From contig MU058345.1 of NCBI GenBank assembly GCA_013265495.1, positions 186,001 to 250,000 on the forward strand: a DNA stretch of 64,000 nucleotides. The letters run 5' to 3'. The position numbers and the translations under genes are program-made. This DNA comes from Vicugna vicugna (lineage: Eukaryota). Position 1 is the stretch's first letter; every line of letters begins with the position of its first letter. Below the pieces are notes generated by a model. It saw nothing but the letters and a program-made list of their open reading frames with translations. It was not told the DNA's origin and ran no database searches. Of this stretch, positions 1-11,549 are shown in pieces.

Positions 1-260
1 GCTGACAGCCCGGACCTCCTCCGCGCTGCTGTCCACGCTTGGTTTATTATGCACGAGGCAGGCAATTTGCCTTGCGCCCCGGGGACCCATCTCGGAGACA
101 AGAAGGTAGTTTGTTCTCTGTAATGGCTTCTGCTGGAGTGTGGCAGGGCCGGGGCGCGAGCAGGGAGCTGGGGGCCGGGGAACGGGGCGCGGGGCGAGGG
201 ATGCGCCCGGCGCCCCCTAGCGACCGCCCGGAGCCAGAGGCCCGCGCGGAGGAGGCCGAC
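1..260. promoter_or_regulatory. CpG-rich regulatory segment (truncated by window start) with a strong CTCF-like motif
   Basis: Dense CG dinucleotides at 1-260. GGCGCCCCCTAGCGACC at 209-225 reads TCGCTAGGGGGCGC on the - strand, one mismatch from the CTCF core CCRSYAGRKGGCRS. Confidence 0.6.
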
Positions 261-3200
261 TCCTTTCCTCACCCTCCTTTCTGTGGCCCTCTTTGCTTCT
301 TCAGCGGTTTCCTTTGTTTCTCCCATTTCCCTCTATTTTTCTGCTCCATATTCTTTGAGCCTTACTTAGTGTTTCCTTCCCTCTCCCTCCTCCCTCCCCA
401 GCACCCTCGTCTTTGTGCTGGGACCGGGAGGGAGAGGGCAGGAGGGATACAGGGATGATTAAAGCAGCCATCCTCCCCGCGGGGAAACTCGGCTCACTGC
501 TTCCCGTTCCAGGCCACCTCGGGCTCTCTTCTCCCCTTTGTAGTAGTCCTTATCAGTTACTTAGCCGACCCTCACCTCTGTCCCCATGCCCACAGGAAGA
601 CACCCCAGCACCCTGCCCATCACTTCCAGGTGGAGGAAACTTGAGGCTGAGAATGAGCGCCCGTTTCTCCTGAGGTCTTCCCATCGTCTCCTCATTCACC
701 AGAGGTGTCTCCCTCCTGAAGCCCACATGCTCCCAGGAGAGAGAGAGAGAAGGGAGAAAGTCCAGGCTGGCATCTCCTGGGGTGATTTCCTGTGATGGGT
801 GTTTAAATCAGCTAGTTGACCGTCTCCTCAGCTGTATGGTTCTTCCACTGGCTCAGAAAGAAGCCGGAAGCTGCCTGTCCCAGGGGTCCCCATGCAGAAT
901 TATTCCCAGCTTTCGTTCCCCCCAACCCCTTACCCTCACCACAAACTTCACCAGGTCAGGCAGTGGAACTGGCCTCTATGCACACATCTGCATAGCAGGG
1001 TAAGAACACTGAGCCAATGGTGAGTGCATGCTGTTTACACTCAGGTGAGTGAGCTGTGTGCTCCTGATGCCTTACACCGCACCCCTGCCCCCTGCCCTGA
1101 ATCTCAGTTCTCTCATCTGTAAAAGAAGGCGGTTGCATTCGATGGAATCAGATCTACAAACTGTGCTAACGTGTGAACTTATGTTAGAGGTAGAGACTGT
1201 CCCACAGTATCCCAGGCAGGGAGATGTCCTCTGTGCTGATGGATTCTGGAAGGTTCCCTATGCAAGGGGGAGTCCATGAGTAATGAGAACGAGTGGACGG
1301 GAGTAGAGGGGGTAGGCTGGGGCAGGGAAGGAGGAGCAGGAGGGATTTGGGGCAGGTGTGTGTCTGAAAGAAGCAGCAAAGGAAGAGGGGCGGGGCTGGG
1401 ATGCAAGTGTGGCCACAGGATGAGAATGTGATTAGAAAGTAAAGGGGTGGGGGTTGAAGTCCAGAGCTTCAGGACATCTCAGGTGATGTCCTCCGGGTGG
1501 AGGAAATTGAAAGTCTCTCAGGGAGCAAGGAGGGAGTGGCAGGAGGAGCCAGAAGGGCCGCAGCAGGCTGGGTGGGGAACAAGAGAAGAGCTCAGGCCAG
1601 AAACTGACCAGGGCCAGTGGTCCAAGAGCCTCGAGGACATGTGGCTTGGAGAGCGAGGAGGCACTGTGTTGTGAGGGACCTGGACCTTCCTTGCTGAATC
1701 TCCTCCAAGCCTGTTACCATCTGAGGACCCTGACCCCTGCGGTTTGCTGGACTTTCCAACAGTGCAGGGGCACCTTCTCCAAGGAACTTCTGGGTTTATG
1801 CTCGAGGCATGGCCTCCTCCTTCCCAGGAAAGGCGAAATGGCTTATCATTGAAAGGCGGAAGACTTCCGGGCGTGTGTTTGTGTGGGGGCGCGTGTGTGC
1901 ACAGTGAGGTCTGTGTAGGGGATGGGGATGGATGTGTGGACTGGAGTATGCCGGGATGAGGGGGTGCTGTGCAGGAATGGGGTCGCTGCTGTGACCTGGG
2001 AGCACCTGCCAGAGCTCAGCCACAGCTCCAGGGAAAGAAGGAGGAGCCACGGGAAGGCAGAGAACCAGGGAGAGGAGGTACAAAGCCAGCCAGCCCAGGC
2101 TGCGTGCGCGAAGGCGGGAGAATGAATGGGCCTGACAATAAGGAGGAATCTTTCCCCAGTTACAGATCTTATGAAAGAGAACAAAGGAGTGGGGAGGAGG
2201 CCCGGCACGAAGGGAGAGAGAAGAGTGAGCAGAAGCCAAATGGAGGAGGGAAGGCAAGTGGGAGAATGACAGAGCCAGACAGAGACTGATCTGGGAAGGA
2301 GAGGCCCGTTCAGCTCAGGAATAGTTGTGCACCTGCTCTGGGCGTCGTGGGGCCTGCGGCTGGGGAAGGAAGAGGCGGCCCTGGCCTTCAGGGTGGAGGA
2401 GGAGACGCCACCACAGGTAATTTCACTAGAGATGCAGGGGCGGGGATGCTAATCTCGCCTGGGGTTTCAGGGGAGGCTGCAGGAAAGACTGAGCTCTTCT
2501 ATATAGATATGTAGAGAGGAGGGGTGTGACAGGTAGCAATCTGTTTGGAGGGCCAGGGAGGCCGAGCTCTGTGCGGAAAAAACATGGCCCAGGAGAGAAT
2601 CATTGATCACAGAAGCCTCCTCACGGCAGCCTCTCTGGCCCTCGGTGGAGGACGTCGATCACTCTGCCTGGGTGGGCTGGCCCCCGGGGACCCTTACATA
2701 AGTCCCCTCCGCTCTGCTCTCTGATGATACAGACCAAACGACATCACACCCAGTGCTGGCCACTCCACGGGTGCTCAGGAGATGCCCCACGAATGAATAA
2801 CTGAACAAAGTAGCGTGCCTTCCACCAAGCAAGGAAGATAATTTTTCCCCCAATTTTATTGATGAAGGAGTCGAGGCTCTCCCTCAGCTTCGAGAGAATT
2901 TAAAACTAAAACTAGCTTGAGCAGTCTGTTTTCTCTCTCTTTGAAAAAAAGTTTAATACGTTCATAGGTTTGATTTATTTTTATTAGCTTCCATGCTGGT
3001 CAACATAAAATAATTATAAATTCAAGATTACAGTGAAAATTACTATCTTTTTAACTAAAAAAAAAAGTGTAGGCGATTCCTAGGCTACATACCCTGTCTT
3101 CCAGGTTTTCTCATGGGAACATAAAAAAAAAAAATCCTCTCATGCAATAGGAAAGACTTTAATGGGAAAGAGAAGGAAAAAGGAGAAGATAGTGGGAGTG

Positions 3201-3269
3201 GGGAGAATGCGGGCAGGAATGTAGGAGATGGGGAGACACCTGCATGAGAAAGGGGATTTCCCATCAGCT

Positions 3270-4420
3270 CCCAGAGCAGGACCCGGAGCTCGGGTTGGGG
3301 CCCCTCCAGGCTCAGGGCGGCTTCTCCTCCGGGGAACGCAGCCGAGCACCCTGCGTCTGGTCGGCAGCATCCCTGGGGGGCTGGCTTCCGGCCTCCCACA
3401 GAGCAACTAGCTTTGGTCCGGGCACGGGGAGGGCACTCTCCCCGCGTCTGTCATCATCAAGGAGAGCCACTCCAGTCCCGAGAAGCGTTTGCGTGGTAGC
3501 GAGAGCCCGCCCCTGGCCCTCCCGGCGCCGCGGCCCGCCCGGCTGGAGATGAGTGATGGGTCGGCCGGGCCCAGCGCCTCCCCGTCCCGCTGCTCCGCCC
3601 CCCGCATCCCCCTCCCCTCCACCGCACGCGGCGTCTGGAGGTTGCCTTACGGGGAGAAGGGTAAGGCAGGGCACAATTTGTCTTTGTGTAATTATCTGTC
3701 AGGTCCAGCTTGTGAAACCTCAGCCGCCTCCCCGCAACCCTGCAAGAACATAAATTGCGCTCATGCACGCGGGGACACGGACGGCGCGGTCGCGCCCTCC
3801 GCCCCCAGTGGGCCCCGCTCCGGCAGGAGAGCGCTGCTCGGGCGAGCCCGGGGCTGCCGACACCTGCACTGCGGCCGGCGGGCACCCCGCCTCCCGCCCC
3901 CCGGCCCTGGCACGTTGGCTTTCATGCTTCCAGCCCGAGTTCCTCGCTGGCGAGAAGGGGGAGGTCCGTTTGGCCTCTGAGAAGTCAGGATGCTGAGGGA
4001 GGAAGGAAACAAACACATTCTTGGCTGTTTCTGATGAGAGGAGTTGGAGGTGGGAGAGAGGCCTCAGAGTCCCCTGTAAAGTCCAAAACGGGCTGTCGGG
4101 CCACGGCAGGGCACCGTCCCGGGTCCCTTCTCTGTGACAGCGATGGCGGTCACAGCGCCGCCAGCAGGTCCAGGCGCCGTGCTAAGCTCCTTACACACGT
4201 TATTTCAGCCCCACAAGGAGACCCTGTGGAAGGGGTGTTTTTATCCTCGCTGTGGAGATTAGGACTGAGACTCAGAGCAGTCCAGCGACCAGCCCTCGGT
4301 CACACAGCTGATGGTGGCACCTGACTTGAGGCCCAGCTCCTCGCCGGCGTGGGCTGGGGCTCCAGGGGGCTCTAGACCTCGAAAGCAGGGGAGCAGGGGG
4401 AGCGCTGCTGCTCGCTTCCT
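3270..4420. promoter_or_regulatory. CpG island without an evident coding exon (enhancer/orphan island)
   Basis: Very GC- and CpG-rich about 1.1 kb block with GC boxes (e.g. CTCCGCCCC near 3593, CCCGCCCC near 3893). Overlapping ORFs are low-complexity Pro/Arg/Gly/Ala with no recognisable protein. Confidence 0.7.
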
Positions 4421-5361
4421 GTGGGAGTTTTTGTTTCTTCCTCTTTCAAATGTGCCTAATGTGGTCATCGTCTCTGAATCCTTGTGAGAGTTGAACAAGA
4501 TGGTATTTGTAGGGGCTCCAGAAACGAGGTGCCTCACCCTTCTGTCTCTCTGCGCTCAGGGAGCTCCGTGCCAGGAGCCTGGTCAGACGCAGACCCCTTT
4601 AAGGACTCTGAGGAGCATTTTGGTTCAGGGTTCTTGATCCTTCCTGTGCACAGGACCCCTCTGGTGGCCTGGGGAGACCTGGGGGCGCTCAGTGTTCCCA
4701 AATGCACACACTGAAGTACAGAGGACTACAAAGGAAGCCAATTTTACTGAAACACCGTTATTGAAAGAGTCCAAAAAAGCCTCCAAATTTGTGACATAGT
4801 AACCTACCACCTTCTTTAACAAGGCATTCTATCACCAGGCCGAGCAGCAGATCAAATAACTACCGTAATTTCCAAGCTGTGATGAGTGTAAATGGCATTT
4901 CAAGAGATCTGTGGTGACTCAGAATAGGAAAGCATCTTGACATCTGTTGGCAACAGAAGCACCGATATCCCTCATCCTACTGGGGCTTGTAGCAGAGGAA
5001 TACTGAATTCACTTAGGTTAGTGAAAATGTGTCCTCCTCCTCAATCCAAGTTCCCAGAAACACCCTGCCCCCATCTATCCACGGGTCCCAGGCTAAGAGT
5101 AGAAGCAATGGGCTGAAATACATGTTACAGTGAATTAAAAAGTACAATTTAGGGGTAGATGATTGGGGAGATCCAATAAAGTCTGAAAGCCCTAAGGAGT
5201 AAGCAGCAGAAGCAAGCCCCAATTCTTCAGAGCCCCTAACTCCGATCCTAGGTGGTCCCCACCTCACCGCGGCCCCCTCTTCCTCTGCCTTCTGCTGTTG
5301 TGGGGATCACAGCCCCCTCTATTGGGCTCTGCCTCCTCTCTCCGCACTGTACTGTGCCCTC

Positions 5362-5415
5362 TGGCTCCTGTGGCTCCACATGGCTCCTGTGGCTCCACGT
5401 GGCTCCATGTGGCCC
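5362..5415. repeat. Short minisatellite of TGGCTCC(N2-3) units
   Basis: tggctcctg tggctccaca tggctcctg tggctccacg tggctccatg tggccc, i.e. 9/10-bp units forming a 19-bp higher-order repeat. Confidence 0.85.
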
Positions 5416-7334
5416 GCTGCTGCACAGCTATGAAGAAACTGCTTGGGACGGTTGGGGCTGGGTTGCAGGAGAGACCCAAGCTCAGAGCAGTCAGTGGTGG
5501 CCAGTCTGCCATTCAGATGGGACAAAAAAAAAAAAAAGTCGCTGGCATTTACTGGGGATGAGGAAGGGGGGCCGGAAGCCCTCTTGACCCTCCATCAGCA
5601 GGCTGGGTAGGCTGGACTCTGCAAAGCCTCCGGTGATGGAGCTGCCCACTTGACTCCCTGGGATTTAAGATGGAGGAGATTCCTTCACCGTCCCAGTCTT
5701 CTGGGGCTGCATCATGGAAAGAATGCAAACCCTGGATTTAGAGGGTCTGGCTGGACCCCTGACTGGCTTTGAGACCTTGAGCAAGTGGCTTCACTTCTTT
5801 GAACCCCTTTTCTCAAGTGTGAAAGAAGACTGATGAGAGCATCTCCCTCTCTGCTCTCAGGAGTCAGGGGGAATGTGGGCAAAACCACGTTTAAGCTCTA
5901 AAGTGTTATCTAGGTGTTAATTGTTATTAACAGAAAAGTATGCTTTTTCCCAGGTCCCATTTGTGTGGTTGTCTTCTGGGGTTGTCTTATCTGGACTGAG
6001 CTTAAATTAATTCAGGAGACCCACAAAACTCTAAGGAACTTGATCCTGCTCAGTCACTGCACCTTTCTGACCCAAGCCAGGCATATATATTTTTTGGCCT
6101 GCATTGATAAAGATCTGTCTGTCTGCCTGTCATCGCAGGGTTTCCTATTTGGCTCTTCCTATCTAAGACACTAAACTATTAAAGGGCTTCTGGCACCGCG
6201 GATCCCACAAAGACCCTTTATCGCTCCCTCACAATCCTATGAGTTGGGTATATACGTGTATTTCTCACTTTCCTGATGAGGAAACTGAGGCTCATTCATA
6301 TAGGGAGTTCGTGGCCGGCTGGGTCCAGGAATCCAGCTCACGACTCCTTCCAGCATTTGCTTTCATTGGACTCAAGACAGGCTCATTGGCGGCTGGAGGC
6401 AGCCGTGATGAAAAGGACCTGGGGAGGTAACACAACCTCGAAATCCTTCTACTCGAAGGAAAACTGGTAACTGGGACTCCTCAGGGTTTGTTTCCCAAAT
6501 TTCTGGTTTATCATCCCTGTTGCCAGGTCGGCTGCCCTTACTTACTCATTGTTGGGGAATGTTCCAGAGGCTTCGGAGAGACTCTCTGAAGTGACTTTTT
6601 CTGTTCTGGAAGCGCCAAGCTTATTTTTTGTCTTGAGCCGGCTCTGCCGTTCTACTTATGGAGGCATGCTGCCCTCAGGTGGTGAAAGCGGGGAACTACA
6701 AGTGCACACACGTTTCTGGGCTCTCACAGTGGCACAGGGCCATCTAATGAAATTGTCACCCAGTGTTCGGTGGTCGGATGCAGGCATCTGCTTCAGGCAC
6801 AGATGTGGTCTTTGTGCATGAGGACATTGGCTTCTAGCGGCAAAGCATCTTCCTACTCCATAATGCTTCATTCCCCAGACCGCAGACTCTTGGCTCTATG
6901 GGCCTCCAGAGAAAGCCAGGAAAAGCTCTGAGGTGACACTGGAGAAAGTGCTGGTTCTACAAACCATTCTCCTCCCACTCGCACATCCTCTTGAGAAGGC
7001 AGTTCTGTGTGTCTAAAGTTTTCTAAGAAAATAGATGTCTCATCGCAACTTGAGGCACCACCTTTTTCAGCCCATTACGCAGCCACTCAGCCCTTGGGGC
7101 CAGGAGGATGGGAACGGGAAGGTCCCCTTTCCTATGGCCCGCTCTTGGACCAAGTTCTGAGCATGCACCCCTCTGAATGCCACTCACCCTCCCTCCTCAC
7201 ACACACCCTTAAAAAACTACTGAGCAGAGAATTGTTTACAAAAGAGTATTTCAAGTGGAAGGAATAGAATGGGGCAAAGTCACAGAAATGGGAAAGTAAC
7301 ACTTTAGAAAGTATTGTTATTCAACAAGCATCTT

Positions 7335-7427
7335 GTTTACTTATTTTAACAGAGGTACTGGGGATTGAACTGATGGCGTTGTGCATGTCAAGCACACACT
7401 CTACCGCTAAGCTATACCCTCCCTCCC
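7335..7427 (-). mobile_element. tRNA-derived SINE (camelid Vic-1-like)
   Basis: Reverse of the GGGAGGGTATAGCT...TTCAATCCCCAGTACCTC head. TSD tcaac(a/t)agcatctt at 7321-7334 and 7428-7441. Confidence 0.85.
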
Positions 7428-7650
7428 TCAACTAGCATCTTAACTGGTCTTCTTGACTCAGTCTCTCCCTTCTCCCACTCCCACTCATCCTGCACGTTGA
7501 CTATGTCAAATTAATCTTGAATGTTTATTACACTTGCTACTCCCCTGGTTGAAAACCTTCCCCAGGTTCCTCTTAATTGAAATCGGACACTTTAGTCTGG
7601 CATTCAAGGCCCTTTTCCACTGGCTGGTACTCTTTTCTCAATCTGATTTT

Positions 7651-7762
7651 TATTTTGAGGGGTAACTGGGTTTATTTACTTATGTAATGGAGGTACTGGA
7701 GATTGAACCCAGGACCTCATGCATGCTAAGCACATGCTGTACCAATGAGCTACACTTTCCTC
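7651..7762 (-). mobile_element. tRNA-derived SINE (Vic-1-like)
   Basis: Contains gaggtactggagattgaacccaggacctcatgcatgctaag (reverse B box and body). Confidence 0.85.
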
Positions 7763-10578
7763 CTTTATTTCAACCTGATTTTTCATTGTTTCCCTACATG
7801 CATCCTGTCCCACATGTCTGTCACATGCTCCCATCTACTCTTAAATTTAGGTTGTCCATTTTGCTAATATTTCACCTGCTTCCCTGACTGATGCAGCCCA
7901 CAGGGCACCCCAGGCTTCAGAATGCCTAGACCATTCCATTGGTACCCACCTTTCACCTTTCTCAGAAACCACCTGGCACTGTGATTGGGGAAGCCTTAGC
8001 CACAACTGGCCCAGAAGCTCCCTGCAAAAGGGAGCAGCATCTTACCGTTTTTTTCACTGCCTTTTCCCTTTGGTCCCCATGACCCCTTGAAGTGTTACGG
8101 TGGTTGGTACTTGTTGGCTTCATTCTTACAGGCGCAGGACCCAGAGCTGCAGACAGATCTCTCTGAAGTGCCGGGGAGAAGGCAGAGGAGGAGAGAACAG
8201 AGGCAGATGCAGGGCGCCCATACTAACTCATGCTAGTGGCATTTTAAGAGCAAAGAGACTTCTGATAGGGAAAGAAGAGCCGCCTCAAACAGGAGATGTC
8301 TTATTTTTCAATGAATGCAGGAGGCAGCATGGGAGAGGAAAGATAATCTGGCTCTGCTGTGAGGCTTTGGGCAGAGAATCAGCCTCTCTGTTTGAGTCTG
8401 TGAGCCTCAACTTCCCACCTGTAGGAGTGATGGTGTCCTTTTCATAGGGTAGTTAAGCAGAATACAGATACTACATGTTGATCCAGCATATAATTGATGA
8501 TCAAAAATGATGAACTTTCCAGCTCAGGAGATCTCCTGGATAAGTGATTCCCATCATTGTGGATAATGTGATTATAGTCTTTTGGAGACTAACTACCCAG
8601 CTCTCAGAGTGTGAAGGAGAGAGGCGTCCTCTGCCTGGGAGCTGATTTGCTGACCCTTTGCTGCCATCAGGTGGCCATAGCCTAACAATGCAGGCTGGCT
8701 GATTGGTCAGAAAGTTTCAAATGAGGATACAACTGAGACTTGGGTGCGTGAGGAGTCTGGGGAGAGGGGAGATCCTGGAAGACTGAAGAAAATGGAAAGA
8801 GAGTGACTTAGAGCCCCTGGGGAGCGTGGAGCAACCTGGCCTAGAGTTTTATCATCACGCACAGCACTGTTAAATCAAGGAACCTTAGAGGCTGCCCCCC
8901 CACCCCCCACGGGCGTCCAGACTAGTATTGCTCACTGGGCTTTTGTGAGACCCACGGACGTCTCCATGTGGTTCCATTCTCATGCTCATCTTCTGTGCTC
9001 TGGAACCACCATCTTTCTAGCCCATTAACAACAGACTCCTCCCATTACAGACCTTTGCATGGGCTGATCTTGTGCCCTTCTGCCCCGACCCGTCCTGTGT
9101 CTAATTTCCACTCATACCTCAGCTCTCAGCTCAAGTGTGATTCCTCAGGTAAGCCTTCTCCAGTCCACGTCAGCTCCTTCTGATGCACGCTCTCACAAAG
9201 CTACGTTTTTTCAGGGCACTTTTCTGAGTTGATAATTAAGCATCCATCCCTGTGATTAGTTCATTAACACCTATCTTCCACTCTGCTGTGTAGGCTCTAG
9301 GAGAGAGCAGACGGGACCTCTTTCTCTCGTCTCTCTAGCACCCTGGACAGAGCCTGATACGTAGCAAGAACTCAATAAACGTCTGATGGATGAAAGAGGC
9401 ATTTGCGGGATAGGAGAGAAAGATCTGGAGAGTAAGCAGAGCTGAGGATCTTTTCTGCCAACTCTGAGGCTTGACAGGCCTTGTGTGGAACTCCCCGTCA
9501 AAGAGAGATGCGTGGGAAACACACACACTATTTCCCATCACCGACTTCTTGAGCAGGCATGCTGGACTGAGAAGAGGTGTGGCACACAGCTGGAAGGGAA
9601 CCCTAGCGGGTCTTCAATAAAGGGGGCCCACTCTACCAGAGGGGCGAGGGCTACCTCTTCCCTGGCCATGAGGCTTTTGGTTCTGCCTCAAGTCACCCGT
9701 AAGCTGTCTACGCTGAAGCTGGTCAGCCACAAAAATACCACCACCATTGACAGGCTGGAGGAAGCAGGCATGGGGGGAGGGGAGGGGGGCTTCCCTTGGA
9801 TCTGGCGGCAATATTAGCCTCTCCTCAGCACCAAGTGACCAAGCTCCTTAATTTCTATGGATTAGAGTGGACTGCAGTGGGTTCAGATAAAAAGTACACA
9901 GCCCAGGTACCAGGGAGCAACAGACACAGTCCCACGACTCTAAGCAATGAAAAAGATTTTTGAGGGAGGGGCTCTTGGCTCAAGACTCTGGAGTCAAGTG
10001 CATATGGGAAGGGAGACAAGGGACACCAGACAGGATGCTTTTAGGAGGAACGGTTAACTGTGGGGTTGGACACAGAGGTTTTTCTCCTAAAAAAATGCTA
10101 ATTTCTTCCAGGCAAATGTCAAATGCTCCTGAGGGAAATTGGATGAGAGTATGGATTTTTTTTCAAAACACCGTCTCTTTAATGTGGGTTTCATTTGAAA
10201 AAGAAGTTAATTTGTTCCAAATTCAGAAAAGATGTTAATAATCAGACAAAAATACAATATTAAAAAAATTTGCCAACCCACAAAGTTGGATGATGGGGAA
10301 GAAGAGAGAAAAGTAGTTGGTGCAGCAAAAAAATTTTTTTTGAGAGGAAATACTCTACTCCTAGAATTAGGTGAAGAGGAAGGAGAATTTTACCTAGAAT
10401 TCAGGGTAGATGAGCTGTTCCATTTCAAGGATCTTCTGGAACTGAGCTTCCAGTGTAGTTTCATTGTGTAGTCTGAGATGCTGTGAGCGCCCAATAATTT
10501 TGATATCCCAGAGCCAACATATACCCAATTTAAAAAGGGAAATTTGGGCTTTGTCATCAATTTTTAATTCTCCTTGTA

Positions 10579-10584
10579 TTTATT
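10579..10584 (-). terminator. Candidate polyadenylation signal for SMIM42
   Basis: TTTATT on + equals AATAAA on -, about 310 nt past the SMIM42 stop. Confidence 0.4.
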
Positions 10585-10895
10585 CCTTTCTTCTGTTAAC
10601 ACAGAAATCAAGAGCCATTTATAATTTCAGTGTGGAAGATCCAGAGAGAGAAGACATTTAAACTCAGGAGCCTGGACCAGCCAAAGAGCAGCAGGATGAG
10701 TGAGAATTCTATCGGAGGTGGTCCCAGAGGAGGGAAAGGAGGCCTGGTGGCGGGGAACATCTGGCACTGGGGGACTGGGTGGCTGAAACAGGTCTTCCTC
10801 CCCAGGCTCTCCCTCAAAGTCAGCTCCAAGATGGCCCTGCCTCTGGGGCCTCCAGATCTTCCCTGCAGGGGCATCTCCACCAAGAATGCAGATCT

Positions 10896-11108
10896 TCATG
10901 CCAGAGGTGTTGCCTCCTTCCTTTGGACTGATTCTCTGCTCTTGTTGCTTTTGTCTTTGGCTACTTTCCAGACCAGGATGAGGAGAGTGACCAGAGCCAT
11001 CAGGAGCACAAAGAAGAAGAGAGCTTTCACTAGGTAAGCAGGAGCAGGTAAGGCAACGCTGAGTGTACCCTTGTCCCATAAGAAGGCTAGAAGTCGTGGG
11101 GAAGACAT
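10896..11108 (-). CDS. SMIM42: Small integral membrane protein 42 (70 aa, single TM helix)
   Basis: ATG-to-TGA ORF MSSPRLLAFLWDKGTL...LVTLLILVWKVAKDKSNK...RKEATPLA. Hydrophobic stretch followed by a basic tail. Closely resembles human SMIM42 as I recall it (same length, WDKGTL and LVTLLILVWKV-KDKSNK blocks). Position upstream of CD1D fits human synteny. Confidence 0.85.
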   Translation of the reverse strand: MSSPRLLAFLWDKGTLSVALPAPAYLVKALFFFVLLMALVTLLILVWKVAKDKSNKSRESVQRKEATPLA

Positions 11109-11549
11109 AGGTTTCTCAAAGAGCTGAGATACGTGGTAGAAGCCGACTGCTCACACAACCACGAAAGCCAAGAGGATTGGTCTTGTCCTTTGTGACAGCC
11201 TAGGAATGGGTGTGAAGCTGCGGCCACACATCTATGGATCCTGTTGCTCACATGGGGCCATCTTCCTTTGGGTGTAACTGAGCAGGCAGAGCACTTTGCT
11301 CAGGAAGATTGAACAACTGCTTCCAGTGCAAACACAGTCCTGAAACAATGGTTCAACTGGCAAAACTTCCGAGTGGTAGGCGGGGCTCCTGAGACTTTGT
11401 GAAGTCACGGGAGGATGAGGCCAGGGTCTGAACTGAAGGCTCTAGTCCAGAAGCCGCCACCCTCTGGGCACCACCTCCCTTCACATCCGGGCTCCAGATT
11501 GAAAAGGGAGTTCTCCAATTGCCTGTGAAATTGCCCCTTCAATCCTATT

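Noticed and set aside
3085..4324. Many long overlapping ORFs (up to 189 aa) on both strands
   Set aside because: Expected in GC-rich DNA, which is poor in stop codons. The products are low-complexity, mostly start at non-ATG codons and resemble no known family.
5362..5415. Repeat-spacer or CRISPR-like pattern
   Set aside because: Units are 9-10 bp with no unique spacers, there are no cas genes, and the context is eukaryotic.
10627..11079. ORFs 10630-11037 (+, 135 aa) and 10627-11079 (-, 150 aa)
   Set aside because: They overlap or are antisense to SMIM42 and have no recognisable homology. They are best read as shadow frames.
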